A DNA stretch of 64,000 nt from positions 59,419-123,418 of the forward strand of contig JAVKIP010000009.1 of assembly GCA_031459385.1 (NCBI GenBank). The letters run 5' to 3'. The notes under the pieces were generated by a model. That model searched no databases and was not told the origin of the DNA. It saw only the letters and a program-made list of their open reading frames with translations. This document shows, piece by piece, positions 27,042 to 36,837 of this stretch (position 1 is the stretch's first letter; the number at the start of each line of letters is the position of its first letter). The translations under genes and the position numbers were made by a program. Source of the DNA: Candidatus Fervidifonticultor secundus (lineage in GTDB: Bacteria > Sysuimicrobiota > Sysuimicrobiia > Sysuimicrobiales > Humicultoraceae).

Positions 27042-28841
27042 TCAGGACGGCATCGGCCCGTCTCGGACCGCAGCGTGGCCGCGGCGTTGCCAGCGCTGCT
27101 CGACCGACTCGAACAGGTCCTGCACCTCGCGCATCACGTCGCGCCAGGGCCCGCCGACCTCGCCGATGCGGCGGTACTTGCGGTAGCGCTGCTCGACCAG
27201 GCGCGGGGGAGACAGGCGGCTGAGCTCGGCCAGGGCGGCGGCCACGTGCCGGCGCAGCTCGGCCGCGGCGGCCTCGGGGTCGCGGTGCGCCCCGCCGGGC
27301 GGCTCGGGGACGATGCCGTCGATGACGCCCAGGCGCAGCAGGTCGGGCGCGGTGAGCTTGAGGGCGGCGGCCACCTCGGGCGCGCGGCCCGCGTCATGGT
27401 AGAGGATCGCCGCGGCCGCCTCGGGCGAGATGACCGAGAAGAAGGCGTGCTCCTGCATCAACAGCCGATCGCCCACCGCCAGCGCCAGCGCGCCGCCGCT
27501 GCCGCCCTCGCCGGTGACGACCGCCACGACCGGCGTCGGGAGCAGCGCCATCGTCATCAGGCTCTGGGCCAGCGCCTGCGCGATGCCGCGGCGCTCGGCC
27601 TCGTAGCCGGGCCAGGCGCCCGGCGTGTCCACCAGGGTCAGCACCGGCAGGTGGAACTTCGCCGCCAGCTGCATCAGGCGCATCGCCTCGCGGTAGCCCT
27701 CGGGCATGGCCATGCCGCGGTGCCAGCCCTTGGCCTCACCGGCCGCACGGTCGCGCTCGATGCCGATGACGACCACCGTCGCGCCGTCGAGCTCGCCGAG
27801 CCCGCCGATGATCGACGGGTCGTCGCCGTACTGTCGGTCGCCGTGGAGCTCGACGAACGACCCCACCAGGTGGCGCAGGTAGTCGGTGGTCCGCGGCCGG
27901 TCGGGGTGCCGCGCGATCTGTACCACCTCCCACGCCGACGGCATCGGGCCGCCTTCCGGCCTGCGCGGCAGGCGCTCGGCCGGCCGGCGGGGCAGCGGCG
28001 CCCGGCGCAGGTGGCGCACCAGGTACTGCAGCGTCTCGCGCAGACGCCGGCGGTCGAGCAGGAGGTCGACCATGCCCCCGCTGTACAGCCGCTCGGCGCG
28101 GTGGGAGTCGGGCGGCAGGTGCTCGCCGACAGTGGCCTCGATCACGCGCGGGCCGACGAAGCCGATCTGGGCGCCCGGCTCGGCGATCAGCACGTCGCCC
28201 AGCGAGGCGAACGACGCGGCGACCCCGCCGAAGGTCGGGTGCGCCAGTACGGAGACGTAGGCCAGGCCGGCCGCATGGTGCCGCGCACGCGCCGCCGCGG
28301 TCTTGGCCATCTGCATGAGCGAGAGCATACCCTCCTGCATGCGGGCGCCGCCGGTGCTCGTCACGGTGATCACGGGCAGCCGGCGACGGGTGGCCACCTC
28401 GAACGCGTCGGCGACCTTCTCGCCGACCACCGAGCCCATCGTGCCGCCCATGAACTCGAAGTCGAAAACCGCCAGCACCACCGGCAGGCCGCCGACCCGC
28501 GCCTGTCCCACCACGACGGCCTCGCGCAGCCCGGTGCGCCGGCGCGCCTCGATGAGCCGCGCGCGGTAGGCGCGCTGGTCCGCGAACCGCAGCGGGTCCA
28601 CCGAGACCAGGCGCCGGTCGAACTCGCGGAACGAGCCGGCGTCCGCGATGGCGTCGATGCGGTCGCGGGCGGGCATCGCGAGATGCCAGCCGCACGCCGG
28701 GCAGATCCACAGGGCGGCCCGCAGCGTCCCGCGCCGGGTCTCGGTCCCACACGTCGGGCAGCGCACGGCCTCCGCCGCCGGGAGCGCCGGCGGCCGCCGG
28801 CTAGATGGCGCCATCGCGCCGAAGATCGGCAATCTGCGCAT
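27042..28841 (-). CDS. accDA: Fused acyl-CoA carboxylase carboxyltransferase beta-alpha (AccD-AccA)
   Basis: N half: CPTC..CPAC Zn finger, FMGGTMGSVVGEK, GGARMQEG, GFVGPRVIE. C half: HGDRQYGDD, DTPGAWPG, GEGGSGGALA. Start may be 28814. Confidence 0.9.
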   Translation of the reverse strand: MRRLPIFGAMAPSSRRPPALPAAEAVRCPTCGTETRRGTLRAALWICPACGWHLAMPARDRIDAIADAGSFREFDRRLVSVDPLRFADQRAYRARLIEARRRTGLREAVVVGQARVGGLPVVLAVFDFEFMGGTMGSVVGEKVADAFEVATRRRLPVITVTSTGGARMQEGMLSLMQMAKTAAARARHHAAGLAYVSVLAHPTFGGVAASFASLGDVLIAEPGAQIGFVGPRVIEATVGEHLPPDSHRAERLYSGGMVDLLLDRRRLRETLQYLVRHLRRAPLPRRPAERLPRRPEGGPMPSAWEVVQIARHPDRPRTTDYLRHLVGSFVELHGDRQYGDDPSIIGGLGELDGATVVVIGIERDRAAGEAKGWHRGMAMPEGYREAMRLMQLAAKFHLPVLTLVDTPGAWPGYEAERRGIAQALAQSLMTMALLPTPVVAVVTGEGGSGGALALAVGDRLLMQEHAFFSVISPEAAAAILYHDAGRAPEVAAALKLTAPDLLRLGVIDGIVPEPPGGAHRDPEAAAAELRRHVAAALAELSRLSPPRLVEQRYRKYRRIGEVGGPWRDVMREVQDLFESVEQRWQRRGHAAVRDGPMPS

Positions 28842-30003
28842 CGTCGTATCCCAGCTCCCGCAGGATCGTCTCGGTGTGTTGTCCCAGCACCGGCGGCGGC
28901 GCCGCGACGCGGCCGGGCGTCGCCGACAGCTTCACCGGCACGCCGGTCTGCTTGATGCGACCGGCACGCGGGTGGTCGATCTCCAGCAGCATCTCGCGGT
29001 GGCGCACCTGGGGGTCGGCGAACAGGTCGGACATCAAGTAGATGGGCCCCGCGGGCACCCCGTGACGGTCGAGCAGGTCGGCCCACGCCCGCGTGGGGCG
29101 CTGCGCGAAGATCGGCTCGAGGAGCGCGACCAGCTCCCGGCGGTGGCGCACGCGGTCGGCGTTGGTGCAAAACCGCGGGTCCTCGGCCAGCGCCGGCGCG
29201 CCGATCGCCTCCACGAACCGGCTCCAGATCGCCTCGCTGCCCACGGCCACGTTGACGTAGCCGTCGCTGGTCCTGAACGCCTGGTAGGGCACGAGCGACG
29301 GATGGGCGCTGCCCAGGCGCCCGGGGTTTTGGCCGGTGGCGAAGTAGTAGCCTGCCTGGTAGGTCATCCAGGCCACCTGGCAGTCGAGCATCGAGACGTC
29401 GATGTACTGCCCGACGCCGGTGCGCTCGCGCACCCGCAGCGCCGCCAGGATGCCAAACGCCGCGAACATGCCCGCGGCGATGTCCGTGATCGCCACCCCC
29501 ACCTTGACCGGCGGCCCGCCTTCCTCGCCGGTGGTGCCCATCAATCCTCCCATACCCTGCAGGATCAGATCGTAGGCGGTCCGGTCGCGGTAGGGTCCGT
29601 CCTGGCCGAAGCCCGAGATCGAGGCGACGACCAGCCGCGGGTTCAGGGCGTGCACGACCGGCCAGCCGAAGCCCAACCGCTCCATGGTGCCGGCCCGGAA
29701 GTTCTCGACCAGCACATCGGCCCGCCGGAGCAGCCGTCGCAGGACCTCCTGGCCCGCCGGGTGCTTGAGGTTCAGGGTCAGGCTCTGCTTGTTCCGGTTG
29801 ATGCCGAGGAAGTACGAACTCTCGCCGTTGATGAACGGCGGACCCCAGCCGCGGGTGTCGTCGCCGCCTGCGGGCGACTCGACCTTGACGACGCGGGCGC
29901 CGTAGTCGCCCAGCATCAGCGTGCAGTACGGGCCGGCCAGGGCCCGGGTGAGGTCGATCACGAGCAGGTCATCGAGCGGGCTCAGAGCGCACCTCCCCAC
30001 CAT
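28801..30003 (-). CDS. CaiB/BaiF family III CoA-transferase
   Basis: DLTRALAGPYC, GARVVKVE, INRNKQSLTLNLK, ADVLVENFR, AYDLILQG. True start may be CTG 29985 after RBS GGGAGGT. Confidence 0.93.
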   Translation of the reverse strand: MVGRCALSPLDDLLVIDLTRALAGPYCTLMLGDYGARVVKVESPAGGDDTRGWGPPFINGESSYFLGINRNKQSLTLNLKHPAGQEVLRRLLRRADVLVENFRAGTMERLGFGWPVVHALNPRLVVASISGFGQDGPYRDRTAYDLILQGMGGLMGTTGEEGGPPVKVGVAITDIAAGMFAAFGILAALRVRERTGVGQYIDVSMLDCQVAWMTYQAGYYFATGQNPGRLGSAHPSLVPYQAFRTSDGYVNVAVGSEAIWSRFVEAIGAPALAEDPRFCTNADRVRHRRELVALLEPIFAQRPTRAWADLLDRHGVPAGPIYLMSDLFADPQVRHREMLLEIDHPRAGRIKQTGVPVKLSATPGRVAAPPPVLGQHTETILRELGYDDAQIADLRRDGAI

Positions 30004-30116
30004 GCCCAGTCATCGTGCCCGCAGGCGCACCCTTGCCGCCCGCGGGCCGCCCGCCCGCGGCGCAGTGCAGACTCCTCTGCCGTGGTGCCCACCGGCCCCT
30101 CCATCGTAGCAGAACG

Positions 30117-31430
30117 TCACACGTCCAGGGTGCCGTCCCGCAGGTGCGCGAGCCCGGCGCGCCGCACCAGGGCGGCCGCGCGGCGTTGCGCCTCGTCGAC
30201 GACGGCCGCCTCGTCGAGGCCGTCGATCCGCCCGTGGCGCAGCCGCGGCCGCCCGTCCACCACCACGGCCTCCAGGTCCGCCGGCGTGCAGGCGAAGACC
30301 AGGGTGTGGACGACACGGTGCACCGGCACCACGCGCGCCGAGGTCAGCGAGACGACCGTCAGGTCGGCCGCCGCGCCCGGCGCCAGCGTCCCGCCGTCGA
30401 GGCCGAGCAGGCGCGCGCCGTCGGCCGTGGCCATCGCCAGGACGTCGTCCGGCGCGACCGGCTCGTCGCGAAGCCCCGCCACCAACGCCGCGGCCTTCAT
30501 CGTGCCGAACATATCCTGCGCGTCGTTGCTGGCCGGGCCGTCGGTGCCCAGCGCCACCCGCATGCCCCGCTGCCGCATCCGGCCCACCCGGGCGATGCCG
30601 CTGCGCAGGTAGAGGTTGGAGACGGGGCAGTGCACGACGCCGACGCCGCGGTCGGCCAGCAGGGCGATCTCGTCGTCGGTCAGCGCCACCGCGTGGGCGA
30701 CCACCAGTTCCGGGCGCAGGAGCCCCAGGCGATCCAGGTAGGGCACCTCGCGCATCCCGAGCGCGCGCGCCGCCGCGGTGGCCTCGGCCTCGCTCTCCGC
30801 GAGGTGCAGGTGCACGCGGGCGCCGGCGTCTACCGCCATGGCCATCAGCTCGCGCAGCCAGTCGCCCGGCGCGTGCAGCACCGTGGGCACCCCGACCCAG
30901 AAACGCACGAGCCCTCCCACCGGCGGCTGCCGCAGCAGCGCCTCGGCGTCGGCCAGGGCGCGGCGCGGCCCGGCCAGCATCGGCGCCGGCGCACCGGCGA
31001 CGTACGCCGACTTGACGTGCACGCCCCGCAGGCCGGCCCGGGCCATCGCCTCGGCAGCCGCCAGGGAGACCTCGACGTCGTTGGGGAAAGCCTGAAAGTT
31101 CAGCACGGCCGCCGCACCTCCCTGCAGCGCGTCCAGCGCGCCCAGCAGCGTGAACGCGCGCACGTCGTCGGCGGTGAGCGCCTGGTACAGCGGCCGGATC
31201 ACCTCGCCGTGCCAGGCCGCCAGGGCGCGCCCCGGCGCCAGCCCGCGGGCCATCGTCTGGAACAGGTGGGTGTGAGCGTTGACCAGGCCTGGCAGCACCG
31301 CGCGCCGCGCCGGTGCGGCGGGCCCCGCCGCCTCCCGGACCGCGGCGATCCGCCCGCCGGCTAGCGTCAGCGCCCCGCGCCGCGGTGGCGCCCCCGGGGA
31401 GACCAGCAGGACCGCCTCGAGCAGGTCCAC
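30117..31430 (-). CDS. Amidohydrolase (MTA/SAH deaminase / AtzA-SsnA-like)
   Basis: PGLVNAHTH, HLHLAES, HCPVSNLYL, LGTDGPASN. Confidence 0.88.
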   Translation of the reverse strand: MDLLEAVLLVSPGAPPRRGALTLAGGRIAAVREAAGPAAPARRAVLPGLVNAHTHLFQTMARGLAPGRALAAWHGEVIRPLYQALTADDVRAFTLLGALDALQGGAAAVLNFQAFPNDVEVSLAAAEAMARAGLRGVHVKSAYVAGAPAPMLAGPRRALADAEALLRQPPVGGLVRFWVGVPTVLHAPGDWLRELMAMAVDAGARVHLHLAESEAEATAAARALGMREVPYLDRLGLLRPELVVAHAVALTDDEIALLADRGVGVVHCPVSNLYLRSGIARVGRMRQRGMRVALGTDGPASNDAQDMFGTMKAAALVAGLRDEPVAPDDVLAMATADGARLLGLDGGTLAPGAAADLTVVSLTSARVVPVHRVVHTLVFACTPADLEAVVVDGRPRLRHGRIDGLDEAAVVDEAQRRAAALVRRAGLAHLRDGTLDV

Positions 31431-31433
31431 CGC

Positions 31434-32267
31434 TCAGCCGGCCTGCGTGTACCGGAACAGCAGCCGGCCGATCAGGAGGCGGAACGCCAGGTCGCTGGCA
31501 AACCCCAGCAGGCTGATCATCGCCAGCGCGACGAAGATCCGGTCGGTCTGCACCAGCAGCCCGGCCTGCTGCAGCAGGAACCCCAGGCCCGACTCGGCGG
31601 CCAGCATCTCGGCGGGGATGATGGCCATGAACGCCGACGCCAGGGCGACCCGCATGCCCGACAGCACGTGGGGCACCGCCGAGGGGAGGACGACGAACAG
31701 GAAGATCTGCACCGGCCGCGCGCCCATCGCCTGGGCCGCGCGGACCCGCACCGGCGGTGTGGCCGCCACGCCCGCCACGGTGTTGATCACCACGATGAAG
31801 AACGTCGCGTACAGGATGAGGAAGTACTTGGACAGCTCGCCGATCCCGAACCAGATGATGGCCAGCGGGATCATGGCGGTCGGCGACAGGAACCGGAAGA
31901 ACTGGAGCTGGGGGTCCGTCAGGTCGGCGACCATCGCGATGCGGCCCGCCAGCAGGCCGAAGGCGACGCCTGTCAGGCTGCCCAGGCTGAAGCCCACCGC
32001 GATGCGGCTCAGGCTGGCCGTGACGTGGGCTTCGAGTTCCCCGGTGCTGAGCATCGGCACGACGGCCCGGGCAACCCTGGCAGGCGGCGGCAGCAGGTGG
32101 GGGTTGATGACGTACGTCGAGAGCGTCTGCCACAGCGCCAGCGTCAGCAGCACCGAGACGGCGTAGCGGACCAGCCGGACGGCCGGGGCCGCGCGGCGCC
32201 GTGCCCGGGGCCGGCCCGGCGCCCGCCCGGCGGCGACCTGCACGGGCAGCGGGCGGTCAGTGGCCAC
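31434..32267 (-). CDS. NitT/TauT-family ABC permease
   Basis: LLPPP, SLSRIAVGF, IIWFGIGE, EAA-like loop AAQAMGA. Confidence 0.9.
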   Translation of the reverse strand: MATDRPLPVQVAAGRAPGRPRARRRAAPAVRLVRYAVSVLLTLALWQTLSTYVINPHLLPPPARVARAVVPMLSTGELEAHVTASLSRIAVGFSLGSLTGVAFGLLAGRIAMVADLTDPQLQFFRFLSPTAMIPLAIIWFGIGELSKYFLILYATFFIVVINTVAGVAATPPVRVRAAQAMGARPVQIFLFVVLPSAVPHVLSGMRVALASAFMAIIPAEMLAAESGLGFLLQQAGLLVQTDRIFVALAMISLLGFASDLAFRLLIGRLLFRYTQAG

Positions 32268-33012
32268 CGGCGGCCCCGTCGGCGAACAGCTCGCGCACCT
32301 CGCGGTAGGCCTGGGCGAACCCCTCGACGGCGGGATCGCGGGGCCGCGGCAGCGCCACGGGCACGATCCGCCGGATCGTCGCCTCGGGCCCGGGCGACAT
32401 CACCGCGATCCGATCGGCGAGCGTCACGGCCTCGGCGATGTCGTGGGTGACGAACAGGATCGTGGTGGCGGTCGCGTCCCAGATGCGCAGCAGCTCGGCG
32501 TGCATCCGGCTGCGGGTGTGGGCGTCGAGTGCGCCGAACGGCTCGTCCATCAGCAGCAGCCGCGGCTCGAGGGCCAGGGCCCGGGCGATCTGCAGGCGCT
32601 GCTGCATGCCGCCCGACAGCTGCCGCGGGAACTTGTGCCGGTGCGCGTCCAGCCCCACCAGGTGCAGGAACCGGTCGACCACCACCCGCCGCTGCGCCGC
32701 CGCCACCCCCTGCAGCCGCAGCCCGAACGCCACGTTCTCTTCCGCCGTCAGCCAGGGGAAGAGGGCGGCGGCTGAATCCTGAAACACGATGCCGCGGTCG
32801 CGCCCCGGCGCCCGCACCGGCGCCCCGTCGAAGCGGATCTCGCCGGCGGTGGGCGCCTCGAACCCGGCGGTGAGGTAGAGCAGCGTGCTCTTGCCGCAGC
32901 CGCTGGGCCCCAGCAGGCAGCAGAACTCGCCGGGGCGCACGGCAAAGGTGACGTCGCGCAGGACCGCAGGTCCGACGTCGAACGCCTTGCCGACCTCGAG
33001 GAACTCCAGCAC
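32257..33012 (-). CDS. NitT/TauT-family ABC ATP-binding protein
   Basis: GPSGCGKST, LFPWLT, LSGGMQQR, MDEPFGALD. Confidence 0.93.
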   Translation of the reverse strand: MLEFLEVGKAFDVGPAVLRDVTFAVRPGEFCCLLGPSGCGKSTLLYLTAGFEAPTAGEIRFDGAPVRAPGRDRGIVFQDSAAALFPWLTAEENVAFGLRLQGVAAAQRRVVVDRFLHLVGLDAHRHKFPRQLSGGMQQRLQIARALALEPRLLLMDEPFGALDAHTRSRMHAELLRIWDATATTILFVTHDIAEAVTLADRIAVMSPGPEATIRRIVPVALPRPRDPAVEGFAQAYREVRELFADGAAGGH

Positions 33013-33022
33013 CCGGCCGCTC

Positions 33023-34015
33023 CTACTTCGGCGGGGGCACCGCCAGCGCCCGGTCCACCCCGCGCAGCCCGTCCAGGTAGACGAACTCGGACCACGCCAG
33101 CGGCTCGGCGAGCAGGCCGGTCTCGCGCATCCAGTCGGCGACGCTGCCGAGGTCCTGGTAGAAGCGCTCGTCGAAGCGCAGGAGCAGCTCGGTGATGTCG
33201 TACATGGGGCCGGCCTGCAGGACGTCGAGCTGGAACTTCCTGGCCAGGTAGGCCAGGACCTGGGTCTTGTGCCGCTGGGCGTACTCGCGCCCCCGCACCG
33301 ACGCCGCCAGGAACCGGTCCACGGTCGCCCGGTTCTTGCGGATCCAGTCGGTGCGCGCGCTGATCATGGTGTAGTAGCCGGACCCTACCGCGTCGGCGTG
33401 GGCCAGGATGTGCACGCGGTCTCCGGAGACCTCCAGCGCCCGCTGGGGGAACGGCGCCCAGAAGAAGAAGCCGTCGATATCGCCCCGGTCGAGGGCGGCG
33501 ATCGCCGCCGGCGCGTCCATGTTCACGATGGTGACGTCGCGCTCGGTCATGCCGTTCTTCCGGAGGTAGGCCCAGATGAAGTGCGACCCCGACGAGCCGA
33601 CGCGGATGGCGATGCGCTTCCCGCGCAGGTCGGCAGCCGACCGGATGGCGCGCCGCACCACCAGGCCGTAGCCCTTGGCGTTGCGCTCGACCGGCGCGAT
33701 CACCCGCGTGGCGTGCCCGGACTCGGACCAGTTGCGGATGGCCGGCACGTCGCCACTGTAGACGATGTCACCGGCCCCGGCGCGGAACGACTGCCACGCC
33801 GTGGTGCCCGAGGCGAAGTAGCGGAAGACGACCTCGAGACCCTCCTCCGCGTAGTACCCCTGTTCCTGCGCCATCTCGAAGGGCGTCGTCTGCACCTGCT
33901 GCTGGCTGAACACCACGATCCGGGGCCGGCCCTGCCCCACCGATGGCCCTGCCGCAGCGGTCAGGACCAGGGCGACCGTGCCGGCCACCAGCGCCGTGCC
34001 CGTCCACTTGCTCAC
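33023..34015 (-). CDS. SsuA/THI5/NMT1-like ABC substrate-binding protein
   Basis: Signal peptide, GYYAEEGLEV, DLRGKRIA, ALDRGDIDG. RBS AAGGAGGG. Confidence 0.88.
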   Translation of the reverse strand: MSKWTGTALVAGTVALVLTAAAGPSVGQGRPRIVVFSQQQVQTTPFEMAQEQGYYAEEGLEVVFRYFASGTTAWQSFRAGAGDIVYSGDVPAIRNWSESGHATRVIAPVERNAKGYGLVVRRAIRSAADLRGKRIAIRVGSSGSHFIWAYLRKNGMTERDVTIVNMDAPAAIAALDRGDIDGFFFWAPFPQRALEVSGDRVHILAHADAVGSGYYTMISARTDWIRKNRATVDRFLAASVRGREYAQRHKTQVLAYLARKFQLDVLQAGPMYDITELLLRFDERFYQDLGSVADWMRETGLLAEPLAWSEFVYLDGLRGVDRALAVPPPK

Positions 34016-34060
34016 CTGACATCCCTCCTTCGCGCGGGCCCCGCTGGGGCCCGCGTCGCC

Positions 34061-34237
34061 CTAGCACACGTCGTCCAGCGTCACCCACCCGTCGCGCTCG
34101 CCCGCCAGGCAGGCGGCGCAGATGCACAGCTCGGCGAACTGCTCCAGCCGCACGAGCCCGGGCTCCTCAGGCGGCCGGGCCCGGTCGCAAAGGATGCACG
34201 TCACCGCCGGCGCCGGCGCGCGCCCGTCGTGGCCCAT
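34061..34237 (-). CDS. Small (58 aa) Cys-rich putative zinc-finger protein
   Basis: MGHDGRAPAPAVTCILCDRARPPEEPGLVRLEQFAELCICAACLAGERDGWVTLDDVC*. ATG overlaps the upstream stop (TGATG). Confidence 0.6.
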   Translation of the reverse strand: MGHDGRAPAPAVTCILCDRARPPEEPGLVRLEQFAELCICAACLAGERDGWVTLDDVC

Positions 34238-35703
34238 CAGTAGACCACCCCCGTCCAGAAGTCGCGCGGCAGACGCAGCAGCGGTGCCACGCCGCTGCGC
34301 GCGATCGCCGCTCGCGCCTCTTCCGTCGCCACCGCCATCACCTCGGCTTCGTCCACCAGCACCGCCCGCCCGCCGCGCACCACCACGCGGCCGTCCACCA
34401 GCACGGTCTCCACGTCGTGCCCGCACGCCTTCTCCACCAGGCGGTGCTCGATCAGGTAAGGCGGGACCAGGTGCGGTTGCTGCAGGCGGACGAGCACCAC
34501 GTCGGCGCGCTTGCCGGGCTCGAGGGACCCCAGCGTGTCGGCGACGCCCATGGCCTGCGCGGCCTCGATGGTGACCATGCGCAGCGCGCGGCCCGGCGGG
34601 AGGACGTAGGGTGTGGCGAAGTGGACGCGCTGCAGCGTCATCGCCATGCGCATGTCTTTGAACAGGTCGAAGGTCGTGTCGGCGGTGCCGTCGCTGGCGA
34701 TGGCGACCGTGACCCCGCGCGCCAGCATCTCCACCACAGGCACCCGCGCCTTGAACTGGTAGATGCGCCGCGAGGTGGGGCAGTGCGAGACCTTGGTGCC
34801 GGTGGTGGCCAGGATCTCGATCTCGCGAGGGCTGGCGCCGGTGCAGTGGGCCAGCAGCACGTCGGGGCCGAGGATGCCGGTCTGCTCGTGCACCCACTGG
34901 ATGGCCCCGCCGTAGGCGTGCGTGTGGATCCCCACGCGGTACCGGTCGGCCAGCTCGCGCATGACCGCCGCCTGCCGGCGCGCCACGGGCAGGTCGGTCT
35001 CGTCGAACATCGGGTCGTAGGGCGAGGGCGCCAGGAAGCGCGAGGCACTCACCCAGACAGCCACGCGGCCGCCGGCACCGCCGTGCCAGGCGCGGATGAC
35101 CGCCTCCGTCGTCGCCACGCAGTCCTCGAACGAGACCCGGACGTCGGTCTTCACGCCGTCGGTCCAGTGGGAGAACGTCTTGGGCCAGGGCGGCCGCGGC
35201 GGCCCCACCCCCACTGCCACCCGGCCACCCACGGCCACAGCGCCGCGGCAGAAGGCCTCAGCGTAGCGCGGGTCGTCGGCCCGGGGCGCGGAGCCCAGCA
35301 TGGCCATGCCGCAGGTCGTCCCGAACTTCAGCCGCTCCAGGGTGGCCAGCATGCCGTCGGCGTGCCAGAACGCCGGCGTGCTGCCCCGGAAGTAGATGTG
35401 GTCCATCAGCCGCCGCCAGCCCGCCGGCGGCAGGTGCTCGCCGATGTGCTTGACCAGCGAATGCCCCGCGTGGCCGTGGGTGTCGATCAGCCCCGGGAGC
35501 ACGGCGCGTCCCCGCGCGTCGAGGACCTCGCGCGGCCGGTACCGCGCCCGCAGAGCCGCGCTGGACCCGACGGCCACGATCCGGCCGTCGGCGATGGCCA
35601 CGGCGCCGTCGGGGTGCACCGTCGAGGCGGCGTCCATGGTCAGCACGTAGCCGCCGTCGATCAGCAGGTCGACGGCCGCGGGCTCGTCGCGCGCGGGAGC
35701 CAT
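34237..35703 (-). CDS. Amidohydrolase family protein
   Basis: PGLIDTHGHAGH, IHTHAY, HCPTS, IASDG, GSLEPGKRADVV. Confidence 0.88.
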   Translation of the reverse strand: MAPARDEPAAVDLLIDGGYVLTMDAASTVHPDGAVAIADGRIVAVGSSAALRARYRPREVLDARGRAVLPGLIDTHGHAGHSLVKHIGEHLPPAGWRRLMDHIYFRGSTPAFWHADGMLATLERLKFGTTCGMAMLGSAPRADDPRYAEAFCRGAVAVGGRVAVGVGPPRPPWPKTFSHWTDGVKTDVRVSFEDCVATTEAVIRAWHGGAGGRVAVWVSASRFLAPSPYDPMFDETDLPVARRQAAVMRELADRYRVGIHTHAYGGAIQWVHEQTGILGPDVLLAHCTGASPREIEILATTGTKVSHCPTSRRIYQFKARVPVVEMLARGVTVAIASDGTADTTFDLFKDMRMAMTLQRVHFATPYVLPPGRALRMVTIEAAQAMGVADTLGSLEPGKRADVVLVRLQQPHLVPPYLIEHRLVEKACGHDVETVLVDGRVVVRGGRAVLVDEAEVMAVATEEARAAIARSGVAPLLRLPRDFWTGVVY

Positions 35704-35709
35704 GGCGTG

Positions 35710-36702
35710 CTAGCGCCGGCGCGGCCGGCCGGCCCGCTCGGCCGGTCTCCTCCCGGTGGGTCGCCGCCCGGTGGCCCGGGGCGTCTGCGCCGGGGCTCCG
35801 CGGGCCCGCGGGCGCGGCCCCCGCGCCGCGCTCGCTGCGGCGGCCTGCGGCGCCGGGGCCGGCGCGCCGCCATCGGCCTCGACGAACGCCACGAACCGGC
35901 AGAACGCGGCCTCGCCGCCCTTGAAGCGGAACGGGAAGCACCCCACCCACACCCGCCGGTTCAGGATCTCGTCGATCTCCCCGCCCACGTTCTCGACGTG
36001 GAAGACGCCCCTGGGGAACAGCAGGGTGTGGGTCGCCTGGTAGTCCTGCGGCCAGGGAAACGCCTTGTCGATGGCCATGCCGATCTTCTTCTCGACCTCG
36101 GGGATCAGGTCGCGGCGCGCCTCGCGCACCTTGGTGTTGAACGGGTGGTCGGTGGAGATGGCGTCGATGGCCATCCAGCGGACGCCGCGGTCGAGCACCC
36201 ACTGGCAGAACTCGGCCCGCGGCCCCGGGTGGCGCAGGAACGCCCGCGGCAGGTCGGGCCGCGCGTCGGGGTGGTGGCGCCGGGTGGTCGGCGACCAGTC
36301 CTCGTTGTAGTAGGCGTGGTAGCCGGTGTGGATCACCAGGATGTCGCCGCGTTCGATGCGGGTGTCGTACTTCCGCTCCCAGGCCTCGAAGTGCTCGGGG
36401 CCGTAGAGGTCGTAGTCTCCGATCCCGAACTGCTGCAGGTCGACGACGCAGGCGGGACCCACCAGGTGCTGGATGGGGATGCCGGCCACGTCGGGCCCCG
36501 GGTCGTAGAAGTGCAGCGGCGCGTCCAGGTGGGTGGCGATGTGGTTGGTGGTGCTCAGGTGCTGGGCGTTGACGCCCTCGAAGGCGATCTTCTTGACCCA
36601 CGTGACCTTGGGCCCCTCGTAGTAGGCGAAGGGCGGCGAGTCGACACTGAAGTTCTGCGAGAGGTCCAGCACCCGTACACCCGACAGCTCCGCCGGTTTC
36701 AT
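35710..36702 (-). CDS. Cyclase family metal hydrolase (kynurenine formamidase-like)
   Basis: HIATHLDAPLH, GDILVIHTG, IDAISTDHP, HVEN. RBS GAGGAGGAG. Confidence 0.88.
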   Translation of the reverse strand: MKPAELSGVRVLDLSQNFSVDSPPFAYYEGPKVTWVKKIAFEGVNAQHLSTTNHIATHLDAPLHFYDPGPDVAGIPIQHLVGPACVVDLQQFGIGDYDLYGPEHFEAWERKYDTRIERGDILVIHTGYHAYYNEDWSPTTRRHHPDARPDLPRAFLRHPGPRAEFCQWVLDRGVRWMAIDAISTDHPFNTKVREARRDLIPEVEKKIGMAIDKAFPWPQDYQATHTLLFPRGVFHVENVGGEIDEILNRRVWVGCFPFRFKGGEAAFCRFVAFVEADGGAPAPAPQAAAASAARGPRPRARGAPAQTPRATGRRPTGRRPAERAGRPRRR

Positions 36703-36837
36703 CCCCAGTCGCTCCTCCTCACCGATTGTGTACCGATCAGTTCCCCCCGCGCACCACAGGATACCACTTCGCGCCGGCCGCGGTGCTGCCCTGGCGGCCC
36801 CGGAGGAAACGCCGGCAGCCCTGCCGGTGCCCGCGCC

